DNA of 63,872 nucleotides, counting the filler, from Octopus bimaculoides (taxonomy: Eukaryota), in assembly GCF_001194135.2 (NCBI RefSeq). It is 6 parts of 6 records of this genome, joined end to end, with 100 filler letters (N's around TTAATTAATTAA, not from the genome) between each part and the next. Parts side by side here need not be neighbours in the genome. Positions count along the whole stretch, not along the records: positions 1 to 20,917 come from NC_068993.1; 5 more parts are not named here. One strand, given 5' to 3'. This document shows positions 1-12,472 of the stretch, piece after piece. The notes under the pieces are model-generated. The model did not search any database, was not told the DNA's origin, and saw only the letters and a program-made list of their open reading frames with translations. Positions within the stretch are counted from its first letter, which is position 1, and every line of letters starts with the position of its first letter. The position numbers and the translations under genes are program-made.

Positions 1-38
<38 letters not shown>

Positions 39-440
39 GTATTATATATTATCTATGGTTATGCATGTGTTTATATTTGCACTTTATGAAAGTCTCAAGC
101 TGCAAACAGCGATGTTGTCATTTCTGGTGTCAATAAATCATCTACTTGCTTCATGCCTTTGAAGACAGGTGAAATTAAGAGATCCCTCTCTTTAAAAACA
201 AGTAAAGGTTAGCAACAGGAAAGGTATCTGGCTATGAAACAATACCTCAATAATGTGTATTTGTCTAACCCATAGTAGCATGGAAAATGGACATAAAATG
301 AATTAGTCATAAAATGATTTAAGTGAATTAGAATCTCCTATACTTTCTGAATCTCTTATACTTTCCTTATCACTCTCATCATAAATGTTATAGAGAATGT
401 AATGAGTTAATAAATATTACTAATTCTTTTTCTTTTATAG

Positions 441-571
441 GAGTTGCAGCACTATACAAAGGTTTGGGGCCAACATTATTACGGACATTTCCCTCCACTG
501 GAGGCCTGTTCCTCACAGTTGAGTTGACCAAGAAATACATGGGTCTCACTGCCGATTATTTCCATTTGTGA
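441..571 (+). CDS. SLC25A15: Terminal coding exon of a mitochondrial carrier (SLC25 family), most similar to the mitochondrial ornithine transporter
   Basis: Acceptor ttctttttcttttatag|GA at 440/441, phase 1. Translates (G)VAALYKGLGPTLLRTFPSTGGLFLTVELTKKYMGLTADYFHL* (TGA 569-571). Matches the SLC25 repeat-3 C-terminus, specifically the ORNT-type ALYxGLxPTxxRxFPxxGxLFL. AATAAA at 893-898. Upstream exons lie outside the window; subfamily assignment rests on 43 aa only. Confidence 0.75.
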
Positions 572-1209
572 TAATCCTTGTAACTCTGCTAAATTGTAGT
601 TCACTGAATACACTGCAAGACCTAAAAAAACAAAAAGCATTGTAAACATGTTTTTGATCTGAAAGCTAAACAATATATTCATGAATGAACCAAAGAAGGA
701 TCCCATAGGTGTTCACTCGATTTGCTAGAAATAGCAGCTAAATTTCTCTTAAATCACTATCTACCATAAAAATAATAGTAAATACACAATGGCTGGAGAA
801 AAGTTGGGATGGTCACAACTGGAACACTTTTAAATCATAAATTTGCTCCATCAGAGCTAAACAATAACAACAACATTTATGGGATTTTTTCCAATAAAGA
901 GATGATTATTTTTGTTTACAACATATCTGTAAAATAAAATTGAATATATGGAGATTTTAATAAAAGCTGTTTATAAATGGAGTTTTTTAAATTACTTTTT
1001 TATATTTTCATTGCCATGGCTGGTAATAGTGAGACATGTTTTTATTGAGTCCAAAATATATATATAATCATTAATGGCTCATTGGATCACCATGTTTAGA
1101 CTAAGCCAATAAGGGAACTGCTAGGTCACTACTCAGTCTGCTAGAAATAACTATATCTCCCTTAAATCACACTCTATTTTCTTAAACAATTGAAGAACAC
1201 AAAGGATAG

Positions 1210-1253
1210 TGTTATATCCTTATGGAGAAATGAATACACTACAACAGTGTAAT
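1210..1253 (-). repeat. 3' LTR remnant of the Gypsy element
   Basis: tgttatatccttat...aatacactacaacagtgtaat matches the corresponding end of the LTR at 6278-6320. The rest of this LTR and the integrase C-terminus are replaced by unrelated sequence (~1254-1720). Confidence 0.75.
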
Positions 1254-2000
1254 CAGTACATATTGTAAAGCTGAGTTTGTGAGTGTGTGTGTGTGTGTGT
1301 GTTGCATATATAGAAATCCACACCTTACAAGACAGCGATTTGGGAGTTGCACCAATGGATTCCTCATGGTCAAAAATGCCTGGAATCAGCCATTTATTTT
1401 TTTTTTTTCTTCCTTCCTAACAGGTGAATTTTTGCATTAAAAATAATTTTAAACCATAACTTCTAACAATTTTTAAGTCGGAGCATGAGTTAAGTCCCCT
1501 TCTAGCGACGGTGTAAAGACAGACAGACAGAGAGAAAGACAGCAGATTTTTTAAATTTCATCTTTTCAGTGAGTGATACACAATATAAACGATATTCTCT
1601 GTTTCTCCACAACTAATTTCTAAATTTGCTGAATCCGTTGCTCTACTCATAGCGAGTAGACACGCTCCTTCGCAAACGATCAGCTATTATTTTGTAGACA
1701 ATGTTACGAAACTGTTCATGTTTGGTTTTTATTCTTCTTGTGAACATCATTTCTGTGGGAGACTTCCCTGAATTTGTATTTGGAATAGAAGTCACTCTGT
1801 ATATTCTTAAGAAATTTGACAGTGCTTCATCATGACTTAATTCATTCGCTTTTTTTAATGCTCTCTTAAAGGTGTCCACAAATCTTGTTCCCTGCCCGTT
1901 TGACCTCAGGTGGTGGGGTGGAGTGAAAATATTCTTTATCGCATGCCTTTTACAGAAGTTTTTGAATCCACACCCAGAGAACTGTGTTCCATTGTCTGAA

Positions 2001-3215
2001 GTCCAGTCCCTTGTCTGATCGAATTTTTCATCAACTCTGTCTGTGAAATGATGAAGACCATACTAAACTCTTATACCCTACCAAAGTGCAGTGGCTGTCA
2101 AAAGGAAACTGTTTTATGATAATCATATCTCTCTTTGAAGATACTCCACTATCCTCTTCATTGATGGCTGCAAGGTGTGATATCTTTTTCTTTGTGATAT
2201 ATTCACAAAATTAAATGATTTGAATAAGTTATTGCAAGGAAGCAGAAACACTCTCATTGACTGTAAATCATTTATCACTACCTTCATTTCGAAATTGGTG
2301 TTGTATAACACTTTCAAAACATCAATTCCATCAATTTCCACAACTTGATTCTTTGAAAGATGAATTAGTTGATGAAGATTTAATTACATATTGCAACTAT
2401 TTACAATCATTGCATGATAACATGGTGGAGCAATTTCAAGATGTTGTTGCGCAGAATATTCCAAATTGGTATAGCAATCCACTTGAGGTCAATGCAGCCA
2501 ATAGCGAGGATGATGTTCTCTACGAATTGATAGAATTACAAAATGACAATGACGCCACAATGCGATATCGCCGTAATGGCAAAGAAGGTTCGTGGTACCA
2601 TCAGAGTATATTGAATTCCTACCCCAGTCTGTGGAAACATCAGAAATTACTTTTGCTTGCCTTCCCTACTTCATGCCTGGTTGAATTTGGTTTTAACCAT
2701 GTTGGAACTTTATTTTCCCATAAAAGAATTGGACTGGATGTAATGCAACGAGGAGACTTGTGACTAAAGTTGACAAGTTTGAAACCGAATGTATCTGCAC
2801 CAGACACATGGTTCTCATTAAAAAGTTTTATTCTTTTCCTTTATAATACAATCACTAATTATTTTTGCATCGGTAGTTCTGATCAATGGTTCATTTGGGG
2901 AAAATGAAAATCAGTGTAAAAGAAAGTGCAAGTTTCCAGAAGTTAATTTGTCTGAAAAATATAGAGTTAACATTAGAATTTTATTGACACTAATGGTAAA
3001 ACTAAACCCACAATAAGGAATTTGTAAACAACCTCATATTTAGTACAAACAGCACTAACAGGGCAACGAGTCTACGATATAGTGTGTCGAACGATACAGA
3101 TGGGGGCTTGAGGATTTTGTGTTGGAGTTTTTTTTACACAGGTGGGTGATGGAGCATTTTTTGGCCGATAGGTAGGTGATATTGCAATTTGGCGTGAAAA
3201 GTTGGGGAAACACTG
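2001..3215 (+). mobile_element. hAT (Buster/Charlie, ZBED8-like) transposon, right half only
   Basis: Transposase remnants DRIFHQLC..DEDHTKLLYPTKVQWLSKG and LLLAFPTSCLVEFGF..KRIGLDVMQRGDL. Right TIR aaaagttggggaaacactg ends at 3215 (reverse complement CAGTGTTTCCCCAACTTTT). Left end absent. Confidence 0.85.
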
Positions 3216-3924
3216 GTCCATGGTCTGTTTGCAATAAAAAAAACTTCTGTCATGCAGAAACCTGTGAAATTTTTTAACTGCAAAAATAATTGCTGGGGCC
3301 TCTTTTTCAATTTGACTATATCTCTTCTCTGCTGCTATTAGCGAGCGTGAAACATGAATCACTGGTTTTGTACTTCCATTTTCGTATTTATGAAGCAGAA
3401 CTGCACCTAATCCATGCTTGGAAGCATCAGATGCTACAATGATGTCTATTTTGGGATCATAATGTGCTTACAACAAGCTTGATATTAGAATTTTTTTTAT
3501 TTCTTCAAAAGTTTTCTAGCATTTAGTGGACCAATTCTATTTTACTCCTGTTTTTAATAAGTCGTTCAATGGAGCTTTTAACTTGTGCATTTTAGGAATG
3601 TAGCTTTGACAATAGTTTGCCAACCCAAGAATTGCTTGTAAAGTTGGTATATTTGTCACCACAGGCATATTCCTTATTGCGTCTGTAATTATTGTTATTT
3701 TTTCAGAGAGATCTTGTCTTCTCTTTTCCTTTCATGTACTGTGTATGGAAATTGTGAGGCACTCGGCAAGTGCTAATCACTTTTCCTACATGTCTGCCCG
3801 CAACGAGTCAAGACATCTACCACTTTTATCAATTATTTGCCCTAACTACTTAATTTAGGGGAGAAAGAATTCACATTTTTCTTCACTCAAAATGAACCCA
3901 AAAACTTTAATTTTCTTAAACACA

Positions 3925-4339
3925 TGTAGTGACGTCATTTTGAGGGTCTTCAGCACGCATGTGCAGGGTTGGAATCGTGCAGAAAACTAACAGCAGCAGA
4001 GTTCTCTGGTATCTCAGACTCGAGACGCAGCCCCTGAACTAGGCAGACGTGTTCTCAGCAGCTCTCTGTTCGCCTCTGCTGCTGACCGTTATTTGACCAG
4101 CTCCATTGTAGCTGGACTAGTGTGAAGAATGCCTTCACAAAGTATGATTGACTCTGACTTAGCTGCTTCCACACCAGACCTGGCTACTGATTGTCCCGAG
4201 GTGTACATTTTTGTACATACAGAATAAAAGGATTGTTTTTATGTTCGAATGTTTCCTTGTTCTGCTAATTTTCCTCAAACATTGTTGTAAGGAATTGTGT
4301 GGGACCCTTCCAGTGCCAACCAATATTTATCATCTTACA
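3925..4339 (+). mobile_element. Solo LTR of a second LTR retrotransposon, inserted in the Gypsy RT
   Basis: Ends TGTAGTGA...TCATCTTACA, 4-bp TSD CACA (3921-3924 and 4340-4343), AATAAA at 4223-4228. Removing it restores the host RT frame EHIKAVFKKIKVFGFILSEEKCEF. Strand inferred from AATAAA only. Confidence 0.85.
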
Positions 4340-6262
4340 CACAGCTTTTATGTGTTCCACATGCTGTTTGCAAGAATTACTCTTGATCAAAATTCCGTCC
4401 AAGTACGGGATTGCAAATTCATAATCAGATAACATAGTATCCATGATTTGCTGAAATATTGCTGGTGACACTTTTAATCCAAAAGGTAATCATGTGTATC
4501 TGTACAATCTTCTGTGTGTATTTATTGTCAAATACTTTGAGCATTTTTCATTTACTTTTATCTGTAAAGACACTTCAGATAGATCTAATTTGGAAAAAAC
4601 ATTTTTTCACCATTTTACTTTGAAAAAATGTCCTCTGAAGTCAGAAGTGGATGGTGGTATGTTTTTAAGCAGTTGTTCAATCTTGCAGAGAAATTGGCAT
4701 ACAGCCTAATCTTATTATTATTATTTTTTAATACATACCATGGGTATTGCCCACTTCATGTAATCCATCTTTTTGATGACTCCACTCTTTTTGAGTCTGT
4801 CCAACTCTTCATTTACGGTTTCAATTGCCGTGAACGGTACTTTTCTGTTTGCTGTAAATACAGGTACGGCGTTTTCACCTACTTCCGTTTTTCTACATAG
4901 ACCTAAATCCTTTGAATAACACTTGCAGCAACATGTTTTTCAAATTTTTCTTCAGTTCTTCCGAAGACTTGTTTTTAACGGGACAACCATTTATGTTATT
5001 GCAGTAAAGATTTATGGGGAGGTGCTATAAATAAATAGCTCTAACCAATCTGTGCTGAACAGATTGATTGTATTGTCCACAACGAATAATTTTGCTTTGC
5101 ATGTCTTTCCTACATGTTTTGCCCATGAACTGTAATTTATCACCTATTACACCCCACGCTATTTTCGTTGTTTTACGTAATCTCGGTTTACCAATTTTTT
5201 TCCAAGTTTCCACATTTATAATCGAGATGTCACTACCTGTGCCTAACTGTAATTTGGTATTCACGTCATTTATTTTTATGTGCATGGATTTTCTTGTTTT
5301 TCCATCACAATAACTCCACTGAAAACACCTTAGAACTTTTTGTATTTGAACCTCTTAGTCTTGTTCTACAATGAGAACTCATGTGTCCCAGCTTCTGACA
5401 ACTATAGCACTTTTTGTTTTCAAAGACAATCTTTTTGTAGTGTAGGCTTCCACAACCATAACACAGATTGGAGCCTGGCACTTTTTTTTTTATGCATCCC
5501 GGGACAACACATTTGAATTTTTGCAGAGTCTTTATCTTGTAATTTTTTCACATCATGTTTAAATTTACCATAGTCTGACATTCTTCTATGATTGTCTGTA
5601 GAGATAAATCCTGGTTCGCTTGCTCCATTTTCGAGAGAATCCTTGCTTGAATTTCTCTATCTTCAGGTGCTGTAAGTCCTTGCATGAAGATAAGTGATTT
5701 GAACATATCCTGAGTGAGATACCGGAGTTTGAAATTTTCACACGTACGGTTGACTACACTGGTGTAGGTGATAAAATCATCCTCTTCATTTTTTGTCAAG
5801 TTCCAACACTCCATTCTGGTGTTGAATAATGAACTTCTATCACAAAAAATTTTTGAAAGCAGTTCCATGGGTTCTTGGAAACCAATCTCACTCAACTTTT
5901 TGGGCAGAATAAAGTTAAAGTAACGCTCAGGTTTGGAAAGAGCTACCTTGCGTAGTAAAAGCCTTACTTTCTGCTCTTCCAACCATGACTTGCACTCGTT
6001 AAAAATTTCCTTGTATCTTCTATAATACCTGGATTATACATAAATTCAGAAATTGTGTTAGTCATGCCATCTGATGTAAACAAGCTTACTGGATTTTTGG
6101 ACTTTGCTGACTGTAATTCAATTAATTGCTGTTGTTGTTGTAGTATTTGTTTTTGCAACTCCTGTAGTTGTTCCTGTTGCTTCTCTTGAAGCTGTACTAC
6201 TGCAGCCAATAGGTTTTTCCATGACGCAGAAATTGTCAAATAACCAATATGAGTTTCAAACG

Positions 6263-6275
6263 ATCCTCGTCGCCA
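6263..6275 (-). promoter_or_regulatory. Primer-binding site complementary to the tRNA-Ser(GCU) 3' end
   Basis: Minus strand TGGCGACGAGGAT, 2 nt downstream of the 5' LTR end. Confidence 0.75.
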
Positions 6276-6277
6276 GA

Positions 6278-6495
6278 TGTTATATCCTTATAAACAAATA
6301 CACTGCAACAGTGTAATAACAATATAATCAAAGCAAACGGCAATAACTACATGGAACGTAATCTCTTCAGAACCAACAATCCAACACGCTAACTCAAATT
6401 GTGAACTTTGAACTATCAACACATGAACTGTGGAGCAAGCACGAACTTTTTCTTTATTTGCCACACTGGGCATAACGAAGAGGGGACAGTACACA
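6278..6495 (-). repeat. 5' LTR (218 bp) of the Gypsy element
   Basis: TG...CA termini, adjacent PBS, outer TSD GATAG. Confidence 0.85.
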
Positions 6496-6741
6496 GATAG
6501 ACAAAACTTAGAGAACTTGTGTTTTCCTTTTTTTTAAAATTCCAATTAAAAATTGATTTCGATTTAAAATTAATAAAATTATAAATAAATATTTACACAT
6601 ATCACGTGAAAGTTACCTGGGCTCATAGGCCTACCACCGTTGACTAACGTTTCCCTCTATTCTGGTTGGATGGTTGAGCTTAGCCGGCTCCATTCATCCT
6701 CAACTTTCTTTCCACAATCTGCCATCTTTTACGAAACATGC

Positions 6742-7427
6742 TATTGCATTGACCATGACAGAGAAAACTGAGTAGAGAATCTGTATCAAATTTTGCCAAA
6801 AACTTGGCAATACCTGCGCAGAGGCCTACGCAAAGTTTTCAAAAAGTTTTCATTGTTCTCGACACAATCAAGGAAATTTTGTGCAACTGAAACCCGAGTG
6901 TCTTTTTGGTCAGCTGAAAGCAGTTTTGGCTCAAACTTGGCAGACATGAGCCTCATACCCTGATCTTCAGTGATAATGGACTGAACTGAACAGTAACTGA
7001 TCTGCACATTCTCTGATAACTCATGGCTGGTGATTCGACAATTTTCCCCTCACTGTTGCATGCACATCTGTGATGTTTATCTCAGTTCTGCTGGTTGCAG
7101 GTCTCCCGGAATGTTTGTCAATATCGACATTTTTTTGGCCATCTTGGAAATGTCCGAACCACTCATACACTTGTGTGTGGCTCATACACTCCTCTCCATA
7201 CACTTTCTGAAGCTTTGCATAGACCTTTGTCATGGTCAATGTGATGATCAAATGCTGCACACCTTTCCAAACACTGCTGTAAACAGCGGAAGTGAGCTAG
7301 AATGTTAAAACTTAGTGTGCATGCACAACAGAGTTTAAGGTCAATTTTTGCCAAACGGCTTTACTCTGTGTGCCTTAGCTTCATTACTATGGCAACAGTC
7401 CGGATACTTATTGATCAGACCTGAATA
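6742..7427 (-). mobile_element. Non-autonomous mariner derivative with an inverted 5' duplication (copy 1)
   Basis: Minus strand: TIR-like end ...GGTCTGATCAATAAGTATCCGGACTG and N-terminal transposase (LQKVYGEECMSHTQVYEWF..FQDG..D..HSGRP; VQSIITEDQGMRLMSAKFEPKLLS). The left ~95 bp is a plus-strand copy of the transposase start (MTEKTE*RICIKFCQKLG), joined at ~6837. Confidence 0.85.
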
Positions 7428-8689
7428 TCTAATACATAACCCAATGTAATTTTAGATGGTAGTGCATGAATTGAGAAAATTATGGTTGCTATTTCTAGTA
7501 GATTGATCAATTGTGTAGAAGCTCTTTTGAATGCCTATATTGTTTGGTGATATCCACAGTGGAGGTGGTTTTGGTTAAAGCATGAGAGTTGCTCTTATAG
7601 ACTTGACCACAATGGAGGTGGACTTGGTCAAAACGTGACAGTTACTGTTTTTCCTTTTACTGTAGTTATCACATTGTAACCAATTTTATATGAAATGAAG
7701 ACATTTTTTAAAATTGAATCTATTAATTTCTCTCTATCTGTATTTATTTTGTGTTTGTGTGTGTGTATTAAAAGAATGTTGTTTAAAATGGATTTTTTTT
7801 TCCTTTGAGCTTGCACTTATGTTAAACACTCTTTCAGATGTAGGGCTACAAGTAATCTATAGAATCCCACTTCTTTTTACTATATTTCAGTAACAATACT
7901 GAGGTAAACATAGGATCTTATTTAAATATTGAACCTTAAGTGAAACAACTGGCTGTATCAACAATAGAATCTCTTTCACACACAAAACTGTAAACCTTGA
8001 ACCATTGAAGGAGCTTCTATGTGGTTGCTGAACCAGCAATAAACAACAACTAAGTCTCATGAATTATACATAGATTGAAACAAGTAAAAGATAATGCATA
8101 AATAAATGGACTGTCGCTACAGAACCAAAAACAAAGTTAAATAAGCTAGTCTTCAATACTCTGTGTCTAGATAAAAAAAAATGGAAGGTCACAACTGATT
8201 TCTTTTATAGCTAAATTTTCTTTTTAAACATACCCTGTACAAATGAAAAAAAAATTTTACTCAACCCAAGTAAACTAGAGCAACCAGAGTTATGTACCTT
8301 GGTCAGGAACAAAATCATCTACCTATAATATAAAAGCTATCATAATTGTCATAAAGCTGTAAATGTTAACTGCTATATTAAATCTTACGGATATATTCAT
8401 AGGTAAATAAATAAATATATCAAAATATATATCAGAAGAGGATGCATATGCACACCTTGTAAGAAATAAAGTGTTTCTAATTTTTTTTTTTTCACATTTA
8501 GTGTTTGGTTTGCAGAAATATTTTGACAAGACTACATTATCCCATCATTACACATACAATGTGCATACAAGTATTTATGTGTGTGTGTGTGTTTTAAATT
8601 TTGTTTGTAAACTGATCATCAGGATGACAATTAACTTTGATGCACTGCAATTTTGGTTTGTTTCAGATCAGGGTATGTCTAATGCCTTC

Positions 8690-10030
8690 TTCCTGCAACA
8701 GACAACAAGAGAATTCTTAGCTCAGAGTAATCCACATAATACACTATCTATTGATCTGAAGGAGGTCTCTGACAGGGTACCATGCTCTATAGTCTGGTAG
8801 TCTTTTAGAAAACAAAGTGTTGATGAATGGCTTATAAGAGTGGTGCATGTTATTAGCAACACAAGGATTAACCATGAGTTCTATGAGGAATTTACAGTTT
8901 AAGTTGTTCTTTGAAGCTCTGTTCTCAGCCCACCACTATCAATTATAGTTCTTCAGCTCACAAGAGAGGAATTTATGATCAGATGTCTGTAGGAACTGTA
9001 ATATGCAGTAGGCTTAGTTATTATAACTGAATCTGTGGAAGATTTAGAGAAGAAATTCCAGGCAAAACTTTGAGCCAAGAGGCCTCAGAGCAAGCTTAGC
9101 AAATACTGAAGTTTTAATAAGTAAGAACGAGGACTGAACCCTGCTGCATTCAGAGAAAAGGGTGAAGTTGGTGTGCAGAGGAATGGCAGTAATTACAATT
9201 TGGTGTACATAATGTAAACTACAGGTGCACATCAGAAGTAGTGGGATCCCAGACAAGTTGACAGAGAAATAAAACGTTATATATAGCAGATGCACAGGTG
9301 TACTTAGTAGTTAGAACACTAGTAACATAAATTCTTTAAAATTCTTAGGTCTGTATCTCTCAAAGTTATGTTTTGTGTGTGTGTGCATACACACATGTTT
9401 GAGAGAGATTCTCTCTCTAAAACAGTTTTTGTTTTTTGCTTTATCTGATGTTTCGTTACAATTAAAGTGCAGGAGTTGTCTATGAATTATATGTATGGAT
9501 TCTGTGATTTTGGGAAAAATTATTTAAGTGCCTTGTGACAAAATAGGCTTAATAACCACTAGCCTAGGTGAGCAAATCAGTAGTAGAGGAAGGTAACCTG
9601 AACATATCAGAGTTAATAAGAACAGAGTGGAAAATGCTCAGGAAGCTATTAACTTCACTGGCAACAAAGAGATTCTCTTTTTGAATCAAAGACAAATTGT
9701 ATGATATTTGTGTGTGTTGTGTTGTTGCTGCATGAGAATAAAACATGGGGCTTGATGTGGAGAATGTGCAAAGGCTGGAAAACAAGTATGTTCCACTGGG
9801 TATGTAATGTTAGTGTATGTGAATTGATAAGGCCCTAGTGGATTTAAGAGTGGGTTTAAGAGGATTCAGCAGAACAGTGCAAGAGAGAAGATAGCACTGG
9901 TATGAACATCTTATGCACATGGATGATGACAATTAAGAGAAGAAGTGACAGGAGATCCAAGCAGAAGACCAAGGAAGAAAACATAAGCAAAAATGGTGAA
10001 AGCTGATTTTAGGATGCTAAAGAACATAAC
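8690..10030 (+). mobile_element. Degraded RTE-clade LINE (RT and C-terminal region)
   Basis: Broken motifs IDLKEVSDRVPCSIVW, SVLSPxLxIIVLQ, ESVEDLEKKFQ..EPRGLRASLANTEVL. Boundaries approximate. Confidence 0.7.
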
Positions 10031-10769
10031 AAATTGTGAAATGCCTACTTTTTCTTGCAGGATTGAGTTAGATGGGTTGTCACAATCTGAACCAGTTCTT
10101 ATTTGGAAATGTTGCCCTCTTAGATTGGGAATCACATCTCATTCACTCATTTCATTTTGCAGCCTGATTTTTATGAGTGGCTGTCCTTCCTATCATCAAC
10201 CACGTTACAAAGTGTACTGGATACATCTTATAATGGCATCAATACCACAGAAGTTGCCTTGTTCACAGAAAGACCAAGGAATTCTCTCTGCATTACACTA
10301 TATCCACTTGTTCATTCACTAGCATCAAAAAGTTTGTCTCATCCCTCAGAAGACCAAAGTGCGTTCCTTCATCTCCAAGTTGTCTCTGTACATTTATTTC
10401 ACATCCAATAACATATCTAGATACATCACCAGAGTAATCTGTGAATGGTCTACAGAGATACCTTTCCCTACATTAGGCTTTATTTCAATACTTATAGGCC
10501 AACACATTCAGCTTGTTGCCAGCCAGAGGACTGGTGGTTATTGACCAGGAAGTTCTTAGTGACAGTAAAAACCACTGGGTATAGAAGCTGCTTCTGACAT
10601 ATTTCTATGTTTACATTAAACAATGCAAGCTGTCACTTTTCAGTCACACTACAGTGATTAACTATTTTCAAATGGGATGGTCTTGCACTGAATACCTTTG
10701 ATCATAAATATTAGCAAAGGGGACTGAGGAAAAATAGCTCAACACAGCATTTTGGTGCTGCATAAAGGT

Positions 10770-10880
10770 TCCCATGCTTGAACCATGTTTAAAACGCCCA
10801 GCACACTCTGCAAAGAGGTTTGTGTTAGGAAGGGCATCCAATCCATCCATCGAAACCATACCAGCATGGAGAACAGAGTT
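10770..10880 (+). mobile_element. RTE-type LINE 3' tail fragment
   Basis: cacactctgcaaagaggtttgtgttaggaagggcatcc...ccagcatggagaac, the same tail family as 43420-43580. Confidence 0.6.
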
Positions 10881-11171
10881 AATAAGAGAATTTCAAGTCA
10901 AAGATTAGTAGTGTTTTGTTGTGTATAGAGAATTTCATGTCCTGTAGGTTGATAGTGGGAGCAAAGTATTGTTTGACGCCAAAAGAAACTGACACTATTA
11001 ATATCAAAAGAGTTGGTTTTATTTGTTTTCTGTATTACCAGAGTGACACATTACAGAATTTAAATAAAAGAGAGAGGGGTGAAGAAAGGAGAAAAGACAG
11101 ATCTCTATGAATATTTAGATAGTGGTAAAGATGAATTCTTATAGATGATGCTTGGATGCCCTTTCTGTTGC

Positions 11172-11380
11172 CAATATTTGATAGCTGGATAAGGCGGCAA
11201 GCTGGTAGAAACATTAACACACCAGGCAAAATGCTTAGCAGTATTTCATCTGTCTTTACATTCTGAGTTCACATTCCGCCGAGGTCAACATTGCCTTTCA
11301 TCCTTTTGGGGGTGATAAATTTAAATTATGTACCCCCTCCCCAAAAAATTTTGGACCTTGTGCCTAGAGTAGAAAAGAAT
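11172..11380 (+). mobile_element. tRNA-derived SINE, family B
   Basis: Head ggcggcaagctggtagaaac, B-box-like gagttcacattcc, tail ttgtgcctagagtagaaaagaatatt. Other copies at ~19490-19690(-), 27135-27355(+), 27910-28015(+), 28090-28295(-), 35715-35826(-), 40690-40815(+), 52197-52810(- x3), 57545-57687(+). Confidence 0.8.
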
Positions 11381-11672
11381 ATTTGATACCTGCATGCTAT
11401 TTCTGTTGCCAAACTTACACGCACAAAGAAATCAGATTGAACATTACCACATTTTGAAGATAGATAGCCTATCTAGGTTAGCCAAGTCGAACTAGTTGTC
11501 TAGTTGGTTAATTAATAAGGGACTCTCCTTAGTTCCAAGTTATCTTTGTATCTGTGAATTAGCAACTTCTTCCTCTGGCTCAGAAGCATTCCACTTTGGC
11601 ATTTAGCATTTTCGTTACCCAACAAATTTCATGTTTGATTTGTATTCAACCAGCACTAACACCTTTTCTTAA

Positions 11673-11885
11673 CCCTTTAAGTCCCAGAGTAATTAAATTT
11701 CTGAATATTTTAGATTTTTACAGATGATTGAAAATAGGTTAAAATGAAATAAATAATTATTAAAACTCCTTTACTTCAAATAGAAATATTCGGTGTCCTA
11801 TAAATAGGACACTGAGACAATGTGATATAGCTTATTTAATGTTCTCATTTAGTGTCCTATTTTTAGGACAGTGGGACTTAATGGG
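11673..11885. mobile_element. piggyBac-type MITE (213 bp)
   Basis: TTAA on both sides. TIR CCCTTTAAGTCCCA / TGGGACTTAATGGG (13/14). Two internal copies of the palindrome gtgtccta(n)taggaca. Confidence 0.85.
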
Positions 11886-12472
11886 TTAATATACACAGTC
11901 AGCTGATACTTTTACTGACCAGTCACTCTTTCATCTCTCGTGTTGTTTTGAGAGCAATATTTTGTTTTAGATTCATTTATATTTTAGTACATTGGCATAG
12001 AAGAGTTCCTGTAGACAGCTAGTCTTAAACTCTTCTGTTGAGACCAGGAGAATAGGGGATTGGGTTAGAATTAGGTCAAAATCCTATCTGGGTCTCACCT
12101 TGCAGACATCTCTGTACATATTTACACAGCTCTTACAAACTATCTACACAAGTTTTTTTTAGTAATCAGACTATAGAGTGTAGTACACTGTTGAAGACCT
12201 TCTCCAAATCAGTGAATGCTTAGTGTAATGGGTTGCACTTTACTAAGAACAACTCCTGTAGTCATTGGTACTCCAAGCTCCATCTCATCTTAGCTAATTT
12301 TCTTCTTAATTAGTTGTGCTATATTCTTTTTGTTAGTGGTCCATCTGTTTGATGTTCCTCTTATTTTCTTTCTCTCTTAGTGAACCGCTTTTGCCCTTGT
12401 AGCAGTTAATGATGATACTGCTATACCAGTAGTTTGAAATGGCCCCTTTCTATATAACTTGATTGCCTACAT

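Larger units (their letters stand above)
1210..6495 (-). mobile_element. Degenerate Ty3/Gypsy LTR retrotransposon (Mag-like), with nested insertions
   Basis: TG...CA ends with a 5-bp TSD GATAG (1205-1209 and 6496-6500). 5' LTR 6278-6495. PBS at 6263-6275. Gag remnants with a double CCHC knuckle (~5350-5470), protease (LGTGSDIS, catalytic D lost), RT (PYLDGILI), RNase H (EKEAPAIIFAVKKFHRFLH) and integrase (SDNGTQF...HLRSNGQ...FVDTFKRALKK). Many stops and frameshifts. Confidence 0.9.
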
